64,000 nt of DNA from Candidatus Latescibacterota bacterium. Lineage in GTDB: Bacteria > Latescibacterota > UBA2968 > GCA-2709665. Under the pieces are notes generated by a model. It was given only the letters and a program-made list of their open reading frames with translations. It was not told the origin of the DNA and searched no databases. Location: the NCBI GenBank assembly GCA_965203805.1, contig OZ241917.1, positions 3,488,001 through 3,552,000 of the forward strand, given 5' to 3'. Positions 48,480 through 59,041 of this stretch are shown here, piece after piece; positions within the stretch are counted from its first letter, which is position 1; the number at the start of each line of letters is the position of its first letter. Both the position numbers and the translations under genes were made by a program.

Positions 48480-49733
48480 TCAACTTTGGAGTGTGTTCAA
48501 TATTTCGGTGACGCTTTTGCAGGGCTTTTTTACGTCAAACGGAACACAGACCAACGAAAGCTCTTCGTCAAATTTGAATTCTTCTGTCTTGTCGAACTCC
48601 TTCGTTTTCGGATAGACAAGCGCGACCTTGCTGCATCCATATTTCTTCCCGTAAACGAACATCTGGTACATGTCCGCCTGGTTGATGCCGAGTTTCAGGT
48701 CACCGTCTTCGGCGTTGATGCGCTTCCATTTCGTGTCCAGGATAAAATCAGCTTTGCCGCCGGACATCAGGCTGATGTCCGGTTTCATGTAGAAGACTTC
48801 GTTTGCGCCACGGGTGGCCAGCGGCTTCATCGGACCCTGCTGGCGCAACCTTAAATTCCCACCATACCGCCGGAAAGACGCCGCTACGAAGTCCTCAAAT
48901 ATCTCCCACATCGGAAAGAGCAACGTCTGGTTGACATGTCTACCGGAGAACGTGGTCAGGCCGTGATTGAAGAGAAACAGGCCGACCCACTGCATCACCG
49001 CGTCGTAATGTTGAATCGTACGATCCAGAGAGTGCCGGTCCCAGTCGCTCCGCGGGTGCGTTGACGACGGAATATCGGAAAAACCGATTCGCAACTGGTG
49101 CAACATCTGCTGATTTCCAGGCTGGCGAACCGTTCGGTTCAATTTGTCAATCGTGCTACGGATCAGTCGATTGGCGGGTCGGTTTGCGCTGAACACGTCA
49201 TAGCCCACGTAGAATCGTGCACGGTTAGCCACGTTCTCGCGAATGTGTTGAGGAAACTGAATGCGTCCGCGGAGGCATGGAAGGTTGTCCTCTACCGGAT
49301 GATATTGGCGGGCTAGACCGCGCTGCGTGAGCATCACGAGGTTGTTCAAGAACAGGTGGACGAACACCTCCAGCATATCGAAGCGTCGCACGGCGTTGAT
49401 CTGGCTCTCGTTGAACTGAGCAGCCGATTTGAAGCCGCGCCAGGTGCGCAGCATATTGAAGAACACCCTTCTCGTTGCTTCGATCTCCGCGCGTTCGACG
49501 AAATCCACCTTTGGGAGGATTTCCAGTACCGTTCCCTTACGTGTTTCGATAATCCCGACGTAGTTTCCGGCGAACAACCTACGATTCCGGACGGCCAATA
49601 CCGGCCTGTAATTGCCAAGATCATCCCGTTGTTTCTCAACGGCGAAATCCTTCAGGTCTTTCAGTTCTTCATCGCTGAGACCGGTCAGTTCTTCGTGTTC
49701 TCTGATAACTAATGATTTTTGGCTAGTCGACAT
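48480..49733 (-). CDS. mcrC: McrC family restriction endonuclease subunit
   Basis: NYVG, LEILPK, LFPMWEIFEDFV, KPDI, ILDTKWK, ADMYQMFVY. Confidence 0.9.
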   Translation of the reverse strand: MSTSQKSLVIREHEELTGLSDEELKDLKDFAVEKQRDDLGNYRPVLAVRNRRLFAGNYVGIIETRKGTVLEILPKVDFVERAEIEATRRVFFNMLRTWRGFKSAAQFNESQINAVRRFDMLEVFVHLFLNNLVMLTQRGLARQYHPVEDNLPCLRGRIQFPQHIRENVANRARFYVGYDVFSANRPANRLIRSTIDKLNRTVRQPGNQQMLHQLRIGFSDIPSSTHPRSDWDRHSLDRTIQHYDAVMQWVGLFLFNHGLTTFSGRHVNQTLLFPMWEIFEDFVAASFRRYGGNLRLRQQGPMKPLATRGANEVFYMKPDISLMSGGKADFILDTKWKRINAEDGDLKLGINQADMYQMFVYGKKYGCSKVALVYPKTKEFDKTEEFKFDEELSLVCVPFDVKKPCKSVTEILNTLQS

Positions 49734-49735
49734 GG

Positions 49736-51904
49736 TCAGGAGGCCTGATCTGTATCGCCCGCCGCTGACCGGTAGATCGCCCTGTAACTCTCCGGATCGC
49801 GCCATTTGTCGTCGCCATCAGGCAGCACTTCATAGACTTTCTGTTCGACATCGATCAACTGATCCTCTGCCTGCAACTCTTCTGGAATTTCCCTTTTTTC
49901 GATGAACCCATTGCGTTTCAAAACGAGTTCAATCTTTTCCCAGTTATCGTAGAAATATTCCTGCAACAACGGGACGATCTTGTTTTTGAACGTCGAGGCG
50001 AGTGAATCGATGCTCTTGACGTTCATCAAGTAGGTGTGGCCGATTTGATGTTCCCGATCGAGCAGGAAACGGATCCGATTGTTCATTGCTTCAAGCAGTT
50101 TCTGACAATTCACCCCATGTATATCCTCAGGTACCAGCTTCGGATCCGGCATCATTTCGACAAAGTGAAACCGTCGCCTAAGTGCGGTATCCAGCAGAGC
50201 AATGGACCTATCGGCGGTATTCATCGTGCCGATGATATACAGGTTATTCGGAACGCCGAAATCTTCCTTGGAATACGGAAGCGTGACGGTCGCCGCATCA
50301 TCTCCACCTGTACGCTTGGAATCTTCAATCACCGTTATCAACTCACCAAAAATCTTCGCGATATTGCCGCGGTTGATCTCATCGATGATCAGGACGTATT
50401 TCGACTTACTGTGAATCCTGGCACTTTCTGCGATTCTCCGAAAAATACCTCGCGAAAGTACATAGTCAAGATTCCCATCTTCATCGGCGTGTTCGCGAAG
50501 GACCGGCCTGATGCCCTCAATAAAGTCCTCGTAATTGTAGTTCTGATGAAACGTCACCATTTCGATCTGGCCGTCTGCTTTCAATTTGCTGAATTGCCGC
50601 ATCTTGTCTTCACGTTCTTCCTTGCGCTCCATTTCAAGCTGATTCACAGTTTCGTTATCGATAATCGCCAGCGCATGACTGACCGTGTGCCATGTCTTGC
50701 TCGTACCAGGTGGTCCATACAGGATCTGGTTCAAGGGATGCCGGTTTTTCTTCGGATCAGCTTGCGGTTGTTGGCTTTCCGGGACAGAATCCGTTTCAAT
50801 AACAATCGAGCTCTTTTTCAATTTCCCGATTAATTCGAACGAAGGTCGGTAGTTCTTGGTTCTTTCGAAAGCCTCCCGCGTCTTGGTGCCCGCCTTGCTA
50901 AATCCCAGAATAGTCGTATTTTCGGCCAGTATTCCTTCCGACTTGCTAATCCACAGTACATGGATTCTTCGTTTCTGATTCCATCCGTCCGGTACATAGT
51001 CATTCTGATAAACGACACCGATCGCTCTCCCTATTGCTTTACCCTTTATTCTTCCTGTTCTGACCAGAATCACGTCTCCTTGCTTCGGGTCGGTCAGAGG
51101 ATACGGCTTTTCATCTCCGGCCCCACCTGTATAGACCCAGTAATTATCGTTGAATTTTTCTTCACCGTCATCCCAATAATCGCCTTCATTATGGCCCATT
51201 ACCTGAGTGCTGACCTGGTAGAAATTATCGCTTATGACGATCGAACCGGATTTTTGCATGTATAAGAACATGTTGATTTCATAGGGCTGGCACCCTGGAA
51301 ATGCATTCGTTGCCTTCTCAAGAAACGTCCGATACGTAGCATATCCTCCGATTTTTATATCTGACGCCGTCGGTAGATCCAGAGCTTCCGACAAATCGGC
51401 AGATGTAATATCCACCGGTAGGAAATTTCCCGGATTAAGCAGAAACAGGGATTGCGTCAATTTCGGAACTGCAACGTCTCGTATACTCAGAACCTCCTTA
51501 AAGTCATCCGGGTCGATCCCTGGTCCGTCCTCTATTGCCTGTCTGAACAAACGCCAGAGTAAATCGTTATTGGAGTTTTTTCCATCACGAAAAAGGACTT
51601 TCAGGCCGGGAGGAGTGGGAAATATGTAGTAATCATCTACGCTCGGATCAGGAAGCGGGCTCTCGATCCCGAATTCCTGGCTGACGCTATCGTACACAGT
51701 TTTCAGTTGTTTGGTAGCTGCTTTTGATGCCACGAAATAAACGAACGAAAATGGATCGATCCCTTCATCTCCGTATTCAAGCCTTGCGAGGTTTTCACCC
51801 CAATCCACCTGCCTGGCTTTTTCGTTAAGGTATGCTTCGCCCTCGTCTGCGATTCTTCCCACCAATTCTCGAAACCACGGTACCCAGTCGTAGATCTCTC
51901 TCAT
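49736..51904 (-). CDS. mcrB: McrB family AAA+ GTPase; start uncertain
   Basis: GPPGTSKT, TFHQNYNYEDFIEG, IIDEINRGN, MNTADRS, LRRRF, LQEYFY. Confidence 0.9.
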   Translation of the reverse strand: MREIYDWVPWFRELVGRIADEGEAYLNEKARQVDWGENLARLEYGDEGIDPFSFVYFVASKAATKQLKTVYDSVSQEFGIESPLPDPSVDDYYIFPTPPGLKVLFRDGKNSNNDLLWRLFRQAIEDGPGIDPDDFKEVLSIRDVAVPKLTQSLFLLNPGNFLPVDITSADLSEALDLPTASDIKIGGYATYRTFLEKATNAFPGCQPYEINMFLYMQKSGSIVISDNFYQVSTQVMGHNEGDYWDDGEEKFNDNYWVYTGGAGDEKPYPLTDPKQGDVILVRTGRIKGKAIGRAIGVVYQNDYVPDGWNQKRRIHVLWISKSEGILAENTTILGFSKAGTKTREAFERTKNYRPSFELIGKLKKSSIVIETDSVPESQQPQADPKKNRHPLNQILYGPPGTSKTWHTVSHALAIIDNETVNQLEMERKEEREDKMRQFSKLKADGQIEMVTFHQNYNYEDFIEGIRPVLREHADEDGNLDYVLSRGIFRRIAESARIHSKSKYVLIIDEINRGNIAKIFGELITVIEDSKRTGGDDAATVTLPYSKEDFGVPNNLYIIGTMNTADRSIALLDTALRRRFHFVEMMPDPKLVPEDIHGVNCQKLLEAMNNRIRFLLDREHQIGHTYLMNVKSIDSLASTFKNKIVPLLQEYFYDNWEKIELVLKRNGFIEKREIPEELQAEDQLIDVEQKVYEVLPDGDDKWRDPESYRAIYRSAAGDTDQAS

Positions 51905-52001
51905 CTTGGTATGTCCTTCCCTTTGGAGTATTGGAACAAACCGACGTTTAGACCCTACAGTAAGTCTTCTACGCAGAATGCATGTATGATCGATCATGCA
52001 C

Positions 52002-53090
52002 CTAGTGTCTTGTCCCATGAATTAGTTCAAAAAGTCTGGTGATCTTGTCAAGGATCGATTCTGCGGTGGCGGTCCAGACGAACGGTCGTGAGTTGGCGTT
52101 ATAATGGTTGGTGAAATCCTGAATGTTGGCGATGAGGTCTTTCACCTTTTTGAAGGTCCCGCGTCGGATGGCTTTCTGGGTAATGATGCCGAACCAGATC
52201 TCGACCTGGTTGAGCCAGGACGCATAGGTCGGTGTATAGTGAACGTGGTATCGGGGCCTGGCTGCGATCCAGCGTTTGATTTTTTCGTGCTTGTGCGTGG
52301 CGTAGTTGTCGACGACGAGATGAATGTCAAGGTCCTTCGGGACGTTTTGGTCGATATATTTGAGGAATTGTAAAAATTCCTGGTGTCGATGTCGGGGTTT
52401 GCATTGGGCCAGCACCTTGCCGGAAGCGACCTCCAGCGCGGCGAACAAGGTCGTGGTGCCGTGCCGGATATAATTGTGGGTGACCCCTTCCACATAGCCC
52501 AACCCCAAAGGCAATATCGGCTGCGTTCGCTCCAATGCCTGGATCTGACTCTTTTCGTCAACGCATAATACCATCGCGTTGTCGGGAGGGTTCAGATACA
52601 GTCCGACAATGTCACGTACCTTCTCGACAAAGAACGGATCATTGGACAGCTTGAAGTGTTTTTGCCGGTGCGGCTGTAGACCAAACGCTTTCCACACGCG
52701 CTGAACCGTGGACTTGGACAGTTGCGTCTGGGCTGCCAGAGAGCGGCAGGTCCAGTGGGTGGCTCCCGACGGCTTGTCTTTGAGCGTTGCATGAATCAGC
52801 GAGGCGATGCGCTCATCGCTGATCGAGCGGGGCCCCCCGGGGCGCAATTCATCATAAAGCCCCATCAGACCTTGTTCTAAAAACCGACGGCGCCACTTCC
52901 CGACTGTGGCTCCCGACAGACCAAGCTGTCGTCCGATCTGCTGATTCGACAGCCCTTGATCACTCATCAGAACGATCTTCGCCCGGCACACAAGACTGTG
53001 CGACATGCTTCTTGAACGGGAAATGGTTTCCAGTTGCGCACGAACCTCATCCCCAATACTCAGTGGCGCTAACGGACGTCCCCTGGCCAT
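52002..53090 (-). CDS. IS630 transposase
   Basis: HTH, CVDEKSQIQAL, VVDNYATH, SWLNQVE; TAG stop overlaps the target TA. Confidence 0.95.
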   Translation of the reverse strand: MARGRPLAPLSIGDEVRAQLETISRSRSMSHSLVCRAKIVLMSDQGLSNQQIGRQLGLSGATVGKWRRRFLEQGLMGLYDELRPGGPRSISDERIASLIHATLKDKPSGATHWTCRSLAAQTQLSKSTVQRVWKAFGLQPHRQKHFKLSNDPFFVEKVRDIVGLYLNPPDNAMVLCVDEKSQIQALERTQPILPLGLGYVEGVTHNYIRHGTTTLFAALEVASGKVLAQCKPRHRHQEFLQFLKYIDQNVPKDLDIHLVVDNYATHKHEKIKRWIAARPRYHVHYTPTYASWLNQVEIWFGIITQKAIRRGTFKKVKDLIANIQDFTNHYNANSRPFVWTATAESILDKITRLFELIHGTRH

Positions 53091-53165
53091 AGATTCCTCC
53101 TTTCGCTATAGGGAATCTATGACAAGTGAACTATTTTTGCAAGTTATTCCTGGGACGAAACACTA
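52003..53165 (-). mobile_element. IS630 family insertion sequence with duplicated TA
   Basis: Imperfect TIRs TAGTGTCTTGTCCCATGAATTAGTT / TAGTGTTTCGTCCCAGGAATAACTT. Confidence 0.92.
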
Positions 53166-53338
53166 GCGTACGGTATAGCGTTGAAATAGTCGCTCTGCAG
53201 GCGAGGCCGAGTCATTGTGGCCGAAGACAACGCGCGCGACCGACGCGAATCCCTGGATTCGGGGAGGAAGCGCAACGCTGTAATTCGTTCACAAGGGCCG
53301 GACGCAGCCCGGATGGACTCTTTCAACGGGCTTTCACG

Positions 53339-53416
53339 GGGGGAGTGATCAAACCGTTGAACGGGCGCGCCTTCACTTCCAGCCATTTGGTTGCGGCTGA
53401 GCACAACGTCGCCGCG
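53339..53416 (-). repeat. Element E, partial inverted copy
   Basis: Reverse complement CTCAGCCGCAACCAAATGGCTGGAAGTGAA..GCCCGTTCAA..GATCACTCCCC. Confidence 0.7.
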
Positions 53417-53832
53417 CTAGCCTACCTGGTCGGCGAATGTGTCGCACATTGCATCATTGCGAGCGGAAATATAACACATATCTGTTAAACTACCGCTGAT
53501 TTATTGGGGAGTTGCGTTGACTTTATGTTGAATTCTTGGTTTGTTTCGCCCAATGAGACTCGGATTCCCGACTGCAATTCGAATCGCGGTCCTCCTTTTA
53601 CGACGTCGCTAAGGGAAACAACAGGGAATCGACGCCGCAGAATAGGGCGGCTTTCTCAGGATGACGGTGAGGATTGGAGTGTAAATCAGGAAGGGTGTGC
53701 GAGAAGGAGGACCGGTCGAGGGTGTACGCGACGCGTTTCATCCATCGCCGATTTTTCATGATCGCCCATACGCGGCCAATTAGGGATCGGTCTAATGCGT
53801 CCACTGCAGGATCGGTCTAATCGGCAATCTGT

Positions 53833-53922
53833 CTCAGGTGTTCAAACCAATCAAACGACTTCTCAGACGGACATTTGATCGGGTGGAGCAGACATTCCTG
53901 TCTGCTCACGTACATCAAACCG
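53833..53922 (+). repeat. REP-like element R, copy 2
   Basis: Matches 48110-48200. Confidence 0.8.
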
Positions 53923-54139
53923 AGACCTTATAGCAGATATTTTCTAAAGGAACAGTAAAAGCTATACATCGTGAAACGACGATTTATCGCGAAACAAGCC
54001 CGGGCTCACCCTGGGCTTGAATGACAAGAGTCCACCTGTCTTCAGATCGAGTCGGCTGGTTTTCTATTGTTGATTTTTTCATTCGGGTTCGATAATTTGA
54101 ATTGGCAAGCATCAATTATTACACACTGGAGGTAGAGAC

Positions 54140-54454
54140 ATGGACGTTGAACAAGTGAGGCAGTTGGTGGAATCTACGTTTCCTGAGCTGAAGTCTGGTT
54201 CACTTAAGAGAGATGGTCAAATACATGGCTATTCTTTTTATTATCATCGTATTGTAGGTGGTCAATACAGTACCCGTATCGGTCGCATTACTCAGTCGAG
54301 TCCGACTAGCGATGTTCGGTTTAAGCGGGTCGTTACGGATCGGCTATATGGCGTGCCCGGACTGACCACAAATATAACTGGTAGGGAAGATAAACTCTGT
54401 GACTTGATTCGAGGTGAGTTGGCTCTGTGGGATTGTTGGTATGGGGATGAATAA
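54140..54454 (+). CDS. Hypothetical protein, lower GC
   Basis: GGAGG RBS, 104 aa, AT-rich upstream region. Confidence 0.6.
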   Translation: MDVEQVRQLVESTFPELKSGSLKRDGQIHGYSFYYHRIVGGQYSTRIGRITQSSPTSDVRFKRVVTDRLYGVPGLTTNITGREDKLCDLIRGELALWDCWYGDE

Positions 54455-54534
54455 TTTCGAAGCACCACGACATCTGCAAACGTCAGAGAGACCTCGACGA
54501 GACTATGAGGCAACCCCAGTGGGCTTCCTTTCCC

Positions 54535-55485
54535 CTACATGAGGTAGCGAAGCGCATCCTTGCCACGCTGCAACTTGGTTGTATCATCAACCAGACAAGT
54601 CAACCTGTAGAAACCATAGAGCGTTTTAATCCGGTGAGTGAGCCTCGCGCGATCCCTCCTCAGGGCGCCGGATTCCCAATAGACGGGTGTGCAGGGATCT
54701 TCGTCAGCCGGCTCTTCAGTCCCAAGTTCGTCCTCGACATTCGGTAGAGATCTCCACAGGCGAACATGACGATGGTGCGCATCAAGTCCCTTCTGTGCCA
54801 GATCAACGTAGCCACACGCGGACAGATCGATCAGCGAAGCGGCATGGTTGATAAGGTGCCACAATCCCCCGAACCCCTGTTTCCGTTCGGGAGCTGTCTC
54901 AAGGAGTTCATCCAACACTGCTTCGATCATGCCCTCCAGATTGGAATACGGTGGAAAATCCGGATGTTCCGGCAACGCGATCAAGTCTCCATCGATCCGA
55001 CCTTTTTCCCTCCCGTAGTAACCGCTGCCAGCTGATGCCTGGTCAAAGCCCCCGATCAATCTGCATATGCCGTCGATGATAGACGATGTTGCGTGCTCGG
55101 GGTACTCCTGGAGCGCCCGCCTGGACAGTGAGGCGAATATCACATTGTGACCTGAGGAGCGTGTTTGTCCAATGTTCCTGGATAGAACTTGGGCGATGCG
55201 GTTAATCTGATCTACCTGCGTGTCTTCGTTTGGGTAGGGTACAAACAGGTCCGACGTTGTAATGGATCCACCCTTTCCCGGGCCAAATACCGACTCTCCA
55301 TTGAGGACACGATCCAGTTCCTTCTCTATGCCTGCATGAACCTTCCTGTCCAGTTCACGGTGTCCCTCACTGAAGAGATAGCCAGCGACAAGGGCAGCAC
55401 CCAAATGTCCAGCCATGGTATCCACAAGGTGAGCTCGGCTTAGTCCCAACAGCCCCTTTTCCAGATACTCAGGTCTAACCGTCAT
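54535..55485 (-). CDS. Hypothetical His-motif helical protein
   Basis: MAGHLGAA, GHNVIFAS, WHLINHAA, LTHRIKTLY. Confidence 0.7.
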   Translation of the reverse strand: MTVRPEYLEKGLLGLSRAHLVDTMAGHLGAALVAGYLFSEGHRELDRKVHAGIEKELDRVLNGESVFGPGKGGSITTSDLFVPYPNEDTQVDQINRIAQVLSRNIGQTRSSGHNVIFASLSRRALQEYPEHATSSIIDGICRLIGGFDQASAGSGYYGREKGRIDGDLIALPEHPDFPPYSNLEGMIEAVLDELLETAPERKQGFGGLWHLINHAASLIDLSACGYVDLAQKGLDAHHRHVRLWRSLPNVEDELGTEEPADEDPCTPVYWESGALRRDRARLTHRIKTLYGFYRLTCLVDDTTKLQRGKDALRYLM

Positions 55486-55498
55486 ATAACTCTTCCGT

Positions 55499-55815
55499 CT
55501 ACGAATTATATTCAGAAGTTGCAGTGAAAATAAACCAAAAAGGGATCCGTCGCGTCATCTCTAAATCCGAGCAACGGGGGCGTTCCTCCCCACTCAACTT
55601 TTCTGGCACATTCGACGAGAACGTCTTCCCCCCTTCCGCGATCCCTTCTGCCAACTCGCGAAACCACGGTACCCAATCGTATATTTCTTTGATCCTGGTG
55701 TGTCCTTCTCTTTGGAGTATTGGGACAAATCGACGATTAGCCCTTACAGTAAGATCTCTTCGCAAAATGCACACATAATTGATCATGCACCTTGCGTACG
55801 GAATAACGTTGTAAT
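55499..55815 (-). pseudogene. Degraded paralog of the mcrB 5' end
   Basis: EIYDWVPWFREL identical to McrB; frameshift at a G6 run, then ARKVEWG..DPF in another frame. Confidence 0.8.
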
Positions 55816-55972
55816 CCCCCCTCCGCATCGGCCGTCGCCGGCCCTTCGACAAGCTCAGGGATCGGCTCGGCTTCTGCGACTCCCCCTCAAGGGGGGAGTG
55901 ATTTGACCGTCATGCGGGATGGCGTGTTCATTTCTATCGAATTGGCTGCGGATGAGCGTAGCAATGTCGCGC
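55814..55972 (-). repeat. Element E, inverted copy with nested CCCTTCGACAAGCTCAGGG
   Basis: Reverse complement aligns with 48203-48338, plus an insert at 55842-55860. Confidence 0.8.
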
Positions 55973-56081
55973 GAGGATACAATACCGACGTTACTCTATA
56001 CGCGGGCATTCCAGCGGTTCCGGAGGCAACCCTTCGGCGTGATCCGTAAGATGCTGATGGCTGACTGTTGAGAGCTGTTGC

Positions 56082-56702
56082 TTATATCAACCCCTTTTCC
56101 GTCGCGATGGCGACGGCTTCGGTGCGGTTTCCGGCGTCGAGTTTGGACAGGATTTCGCTGACGTGGAACTTGACCGTGCGTTCGGAAATGAAGAGTTGGT
56201 CGGCGATTTCTTTGTTTAGCAGGCCCGTTGCAACCAGTTTCAGCACTTCCTTCTGCCGCGCCGTCAACGCATCCGGATTGTCGACGCTGTCGAGCAACTT
56301 GGACGCGACCATGGGTTCGAGAAGTGATCCGCCTTCATTGACCACACGCACGGCGCGAAACAGCTCCTCTCTGGGCGCGCCCTTCAGCAGATAGCCCTTT
56401 GCGCCGGTCTTCATCGCGGAAACGATGCGCTCGTCCGTATCAAAAACCGTAAACACAATCGTCCGTGCCCGGACCTTGCATTCCTTCAATCGTCGAAGCG
56501 TCTCGATCCCATCCACGCCGGGCATCTCCAGATCCAGCAACAATACGTCGGGATCACGGTCGGCAACCTTCCGCATCGCCTCTTCCCCGTCACCGGCTTC
56601 TCCGACGATCTCGAAATCAGTCTGCGTACCCAGCATCGCCGCCAGGCCATCGCGCACAACCGGATGATCGTCCACAATCAGAATGCGAATCGGGGCCGTC
56701 AT
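56082..56702 (-). CDS. NarL/LuxR-family response regulator
   Basis: [41 protein letters not shown]. Confidence 0.95.
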   Translation of the reverse strand: MTAPIRILIVDDHPVVRDGLAAMLGTQTDFEIVGEAGDGEEAMRKVADRDPDVLLLDLEMPGVDGIETLRRLKECKVRARTIVFTVFDTDERIVSAMKTGAKGYLLKGAPREELFRAVRVVNEGGSLLEPMVASKLLDSVDNPDALTARQKEVLKLVATGLLNKEIADQLFISERTVKFHVSEILSKLDAGNRTEAVAIATEKGLI

Positions 56703-57877
56703 TTCTTGCCCTGTGCAGGAATGTGCGTTTCCAGCCGCGTGCCGTGTCCCGGCGAACTGTCGATTTTCAGTGAGCCTCCCAGCAAACGCGCCCGCGCCCG
56801 CATACCCACGAGCCCATGTCGACCAAGGGACACGTTTGAAGGGTCGAATCCGCAACCGTCGTCCTCGACGATCAGTGTAACGTAATCAGGCGTTGACGTC
56901 AGCTCAACAGACACGCCACTTGCGTTGGCATGCGCCGTGACGTTGTTCATCGCCTCCTGGGCGATGCGATACAGGCCGGCTTCAACGCTTGCGGATAGAG
57001 GATATCCGCCAACGCATCTTACCCGGATGTCCAGACCTGACTCGGATCCAATCTCCTTCGCGAGCGCGTCCAACGCTCCGGTCAACGAGCGATTCTCCAG
57101 CGGCGCGGCGCGGAGATCCAGTACAGCGCGGCGCGCATCCTCGAGATTGTCGCGAGCCAGCGCGATCGCGTCGCGCACAATGTCGGACAGCCTTTCGCGG
57201 TCCGTGTCCCCTTCAAGCAGTGCGTCCAGTGTCTCCAGCCGCATGAGAATCCCCGCGAGATTCTGGCCGAGCGTGTCGTGTATCTCTCGCGCAAGCCGGA
57301 TACGCTCATCCACGGCGCCGATTTCGACGCTCTGTTCGTAGAAACGCGCCCGTTCAATCGCGATGCTGGTCAGATCGCCGATGGTATTGAGCAGTCGCAG
57401 GTCTTCGGCCGAAAGTTCCCTCCACGCGGCGCTCGCCACGTTCAACACGCCTACCTTCTTTCGTTTCGCGTACAGCGGAATGCTCGCGTGATACTTCAAG
57501 CCCTCCGTGCCTTCGACAAGCCCTTTCAGCCTGCTGCACGCCACGACGTTCACATTCGCGGCGCCCTTCAAATCCCCTTTACGGTACGTGTCCAGGCAAT
57601 AGCACCATCCGCCCATCTTGGCCGGGTTGTCGCACAACGCGGGCGGCAGGTTTTGCGCAGCGGCCAGATACGGCTCACGGGTCTCTTCGCTGAGGAGCCA
57701 TATCCAGCTCGTACTCAGGTCGAGCAATGCGGCTACTTTTCGAAGCGCGGCTTCAAGGGCCTGATCGAGACCCACGGACTGGTTCAATTCGTGGGCAATC
57801 TCGTTCAGAACCGTGAGTTCGCGATTGCGTTGTTTGAGCTGGCGGGTTGGCGTCGGCATGGCTTTCGTCCCTGGCAT
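56699..57877 (-). CDS. GAF-domain histidine kinase (HisKA_3)
   Basis: [36 protein letters not shown]. Confidence 0.93.
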   Translation of the reverse strand: MPGTKAMPTPTRQLKQRNRELTVLNEIAHELNQSVGLDQALEAALRKVAALLDLSTSWIWLLSEETREPYLAAAQNLPPALCDNPAKMGGWCYCLDTYRKGDLKGAANVNVVACSRLKGLVEGTEGLKYHASIPLYAKRKKVGVLNVASAAWRELSAEDLRLLNTIGDLTSIAIERARFYEQSVEIGAVDERIRLAREIHDTLGQNLAGILMRLETLDALLEGDTDRERLSDIVRDAIALARDNLEDARRAVLDLRAAPLENRSLTGALDALAKEIGSESGLDIRVRCVGGYPLSASVEAGLYRIAQEAMNNVTAHANASGVSVELTSTPDYVTLIVEDDGCGFDPSNVSLGRHGLVGMRARARLLGGSLKIDSSPGHGTRLETHIPAQGKK

Positions 57878-57915
57878 GCGGTTCCTTTCGTACGACGTGC
57901 CAATATATCTCCGGT

Positions 57916-59022
57916 TCAGGGCAAAATCAAATGCAGATCGCCAAACTCATGCCACAGATATCCTTTGTCGAGCGCTGCTTCATAAGTCGCCCGAAGATGA
58001 TCCGGACCCGTCAATGCCTGCAACATCGCCAGATGTGTGGCGTGAGGTTCGTGCATGCCGGTCAAGAGACCGTCTACGATCCGCATCGGCCGATCGGGCG
58101 ATATCACCAGGTCTGTCCACCCTTGACCCGGATGGACCCGCCCCGCTTCTTCGGCAACGGTCTCGAGCGCGCGGACCACCGTGGTGCCGACGGCGATGAT
58201 CCGGCCGCCATTTTCGCGCGCGAGGTTGATTGCCCGCGCCGATTCGCCCGGTACGCGGTAATACTCCTCAAAAGGCGGTTCGTCGGCTTCCAGACTTGCC
58301 ACGCCGGTGTGCAGGATCAGCGGCGCGATATGAATGCCCTTTGCGACCAGCTTTGTGATGACCTCGGGCGTGAACGCGCGGCCGGCCGATGGCATCTCGG
58401 CGCTTCCTGCCTCTGTTGCATAGACGTTCTGGTAAACCTCAATGGGCCATTCCTCGTGAACGTATCCATACCGCATTGGCGCGCCGTAGACATCCATGTA
58501 GGTATCCACGTCGTAAGGCAGCGCCAATGTCGCTATCCATAGACGAACATCGGCGAGCGGATCGTTACGCAACTCAGGCCTGCAGGGTGCGTGCAGATGC
58601 GCCGACCCGCCACCGGGCAACGCGAAGACCTCGCCGGGTCGTGCGTGAAGGAACGGACGTGTCCCATCCGATGAGCGCATTTCAACCATCCACATTTCGG
58701 CCGGCAGACGCGTTGACAGATGCAGCCTCAGTTCAGAACCATCGGCCCGGATGGCCGGCAGCGATGCTTTCCGGGTTCCACTTGTATTGATCGCCAAAAC
58801 GTCTCCGGGGCGAAGCACGTCGGGAAGATCGCGAAATCCGACGTGTTCAATCGAATCGTCACTTATTCGCGACACCATCAGCCGGACCTCGTCCCGACCG
58901 AGGCCGCGCGCTTCCGGCGGCTCTCCTGCCTCGAGGCTCGATGGCAGATCAAAGGAAAGAGTATCAAGGTTTGTGTCAGGATTCGTGACAGGCGATACCA
59001 GATCCGGCATCGAATTGGACAT
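57916..59022 (-). CDS. QueA-like protein (paralog of tRNA ribosyltransferase-isomerase)
   Basis: PPEARG, YQNVYA, GSAEMPSAGRAF, VGTTVVRALE, YLWHEFGDLHL (variant motifs of the QueA-like clade). Confidence 0.85.
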   Translation of the reverse strand: MSNSMPDLVSPVTNPDTNLDTLSFDLPSSLEAGEPPEARGLGRDEVRLMVSRISDDSIEHVGFRDLPDVLRPGDVLAINTSGTRKASLPAIRADGSELRLHLSTRLPAEMWMVEMRSSDGTRPFLHARPGEVFALPGGGSAHLHAPCRPELRNDPLADVRLWIATLALPYDVDTYMDVYGAPMRYGYVHEEWPIEVYQNVYATEAGSAEMPSAGRAFTPEVITKLVAKGIHIAPLILHTGVASLEADEPPFEEYYRVPGESARAINLARENGGRIIAVGTTVVRALETVAEEAGRVHPGQGWTDLVISPDRPMRIVDGLLTGMHEPHATHLAMLQALTGPDHLRATYEAALDKGYLWHEFGDLHLILP

Positions 59023-59041
59023 AATCCACCCCCTGCGAAAA

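Noticed and set aside
51905-52018. McrB start at 52018 given by the ORF track
   Set aside because: That ATG lies inside the IS630 terminal repeat
53784-53821. 13-bp direct repeat GGATCGGTCTAAT as an operator or target-site duplication
   Set aside because: Two copies 25 nt apart with no associated promoter or element
55628-55633. Phase-variable G tract in the mcrB remnant
   Set aside because: Only six G; the restored frame still stops within about 40 codons
57916-59022. Assigning the symbol queA
   Set aside because: Motifs and gene context fit the QueA-like paralog clade rather than the canonical enzyme
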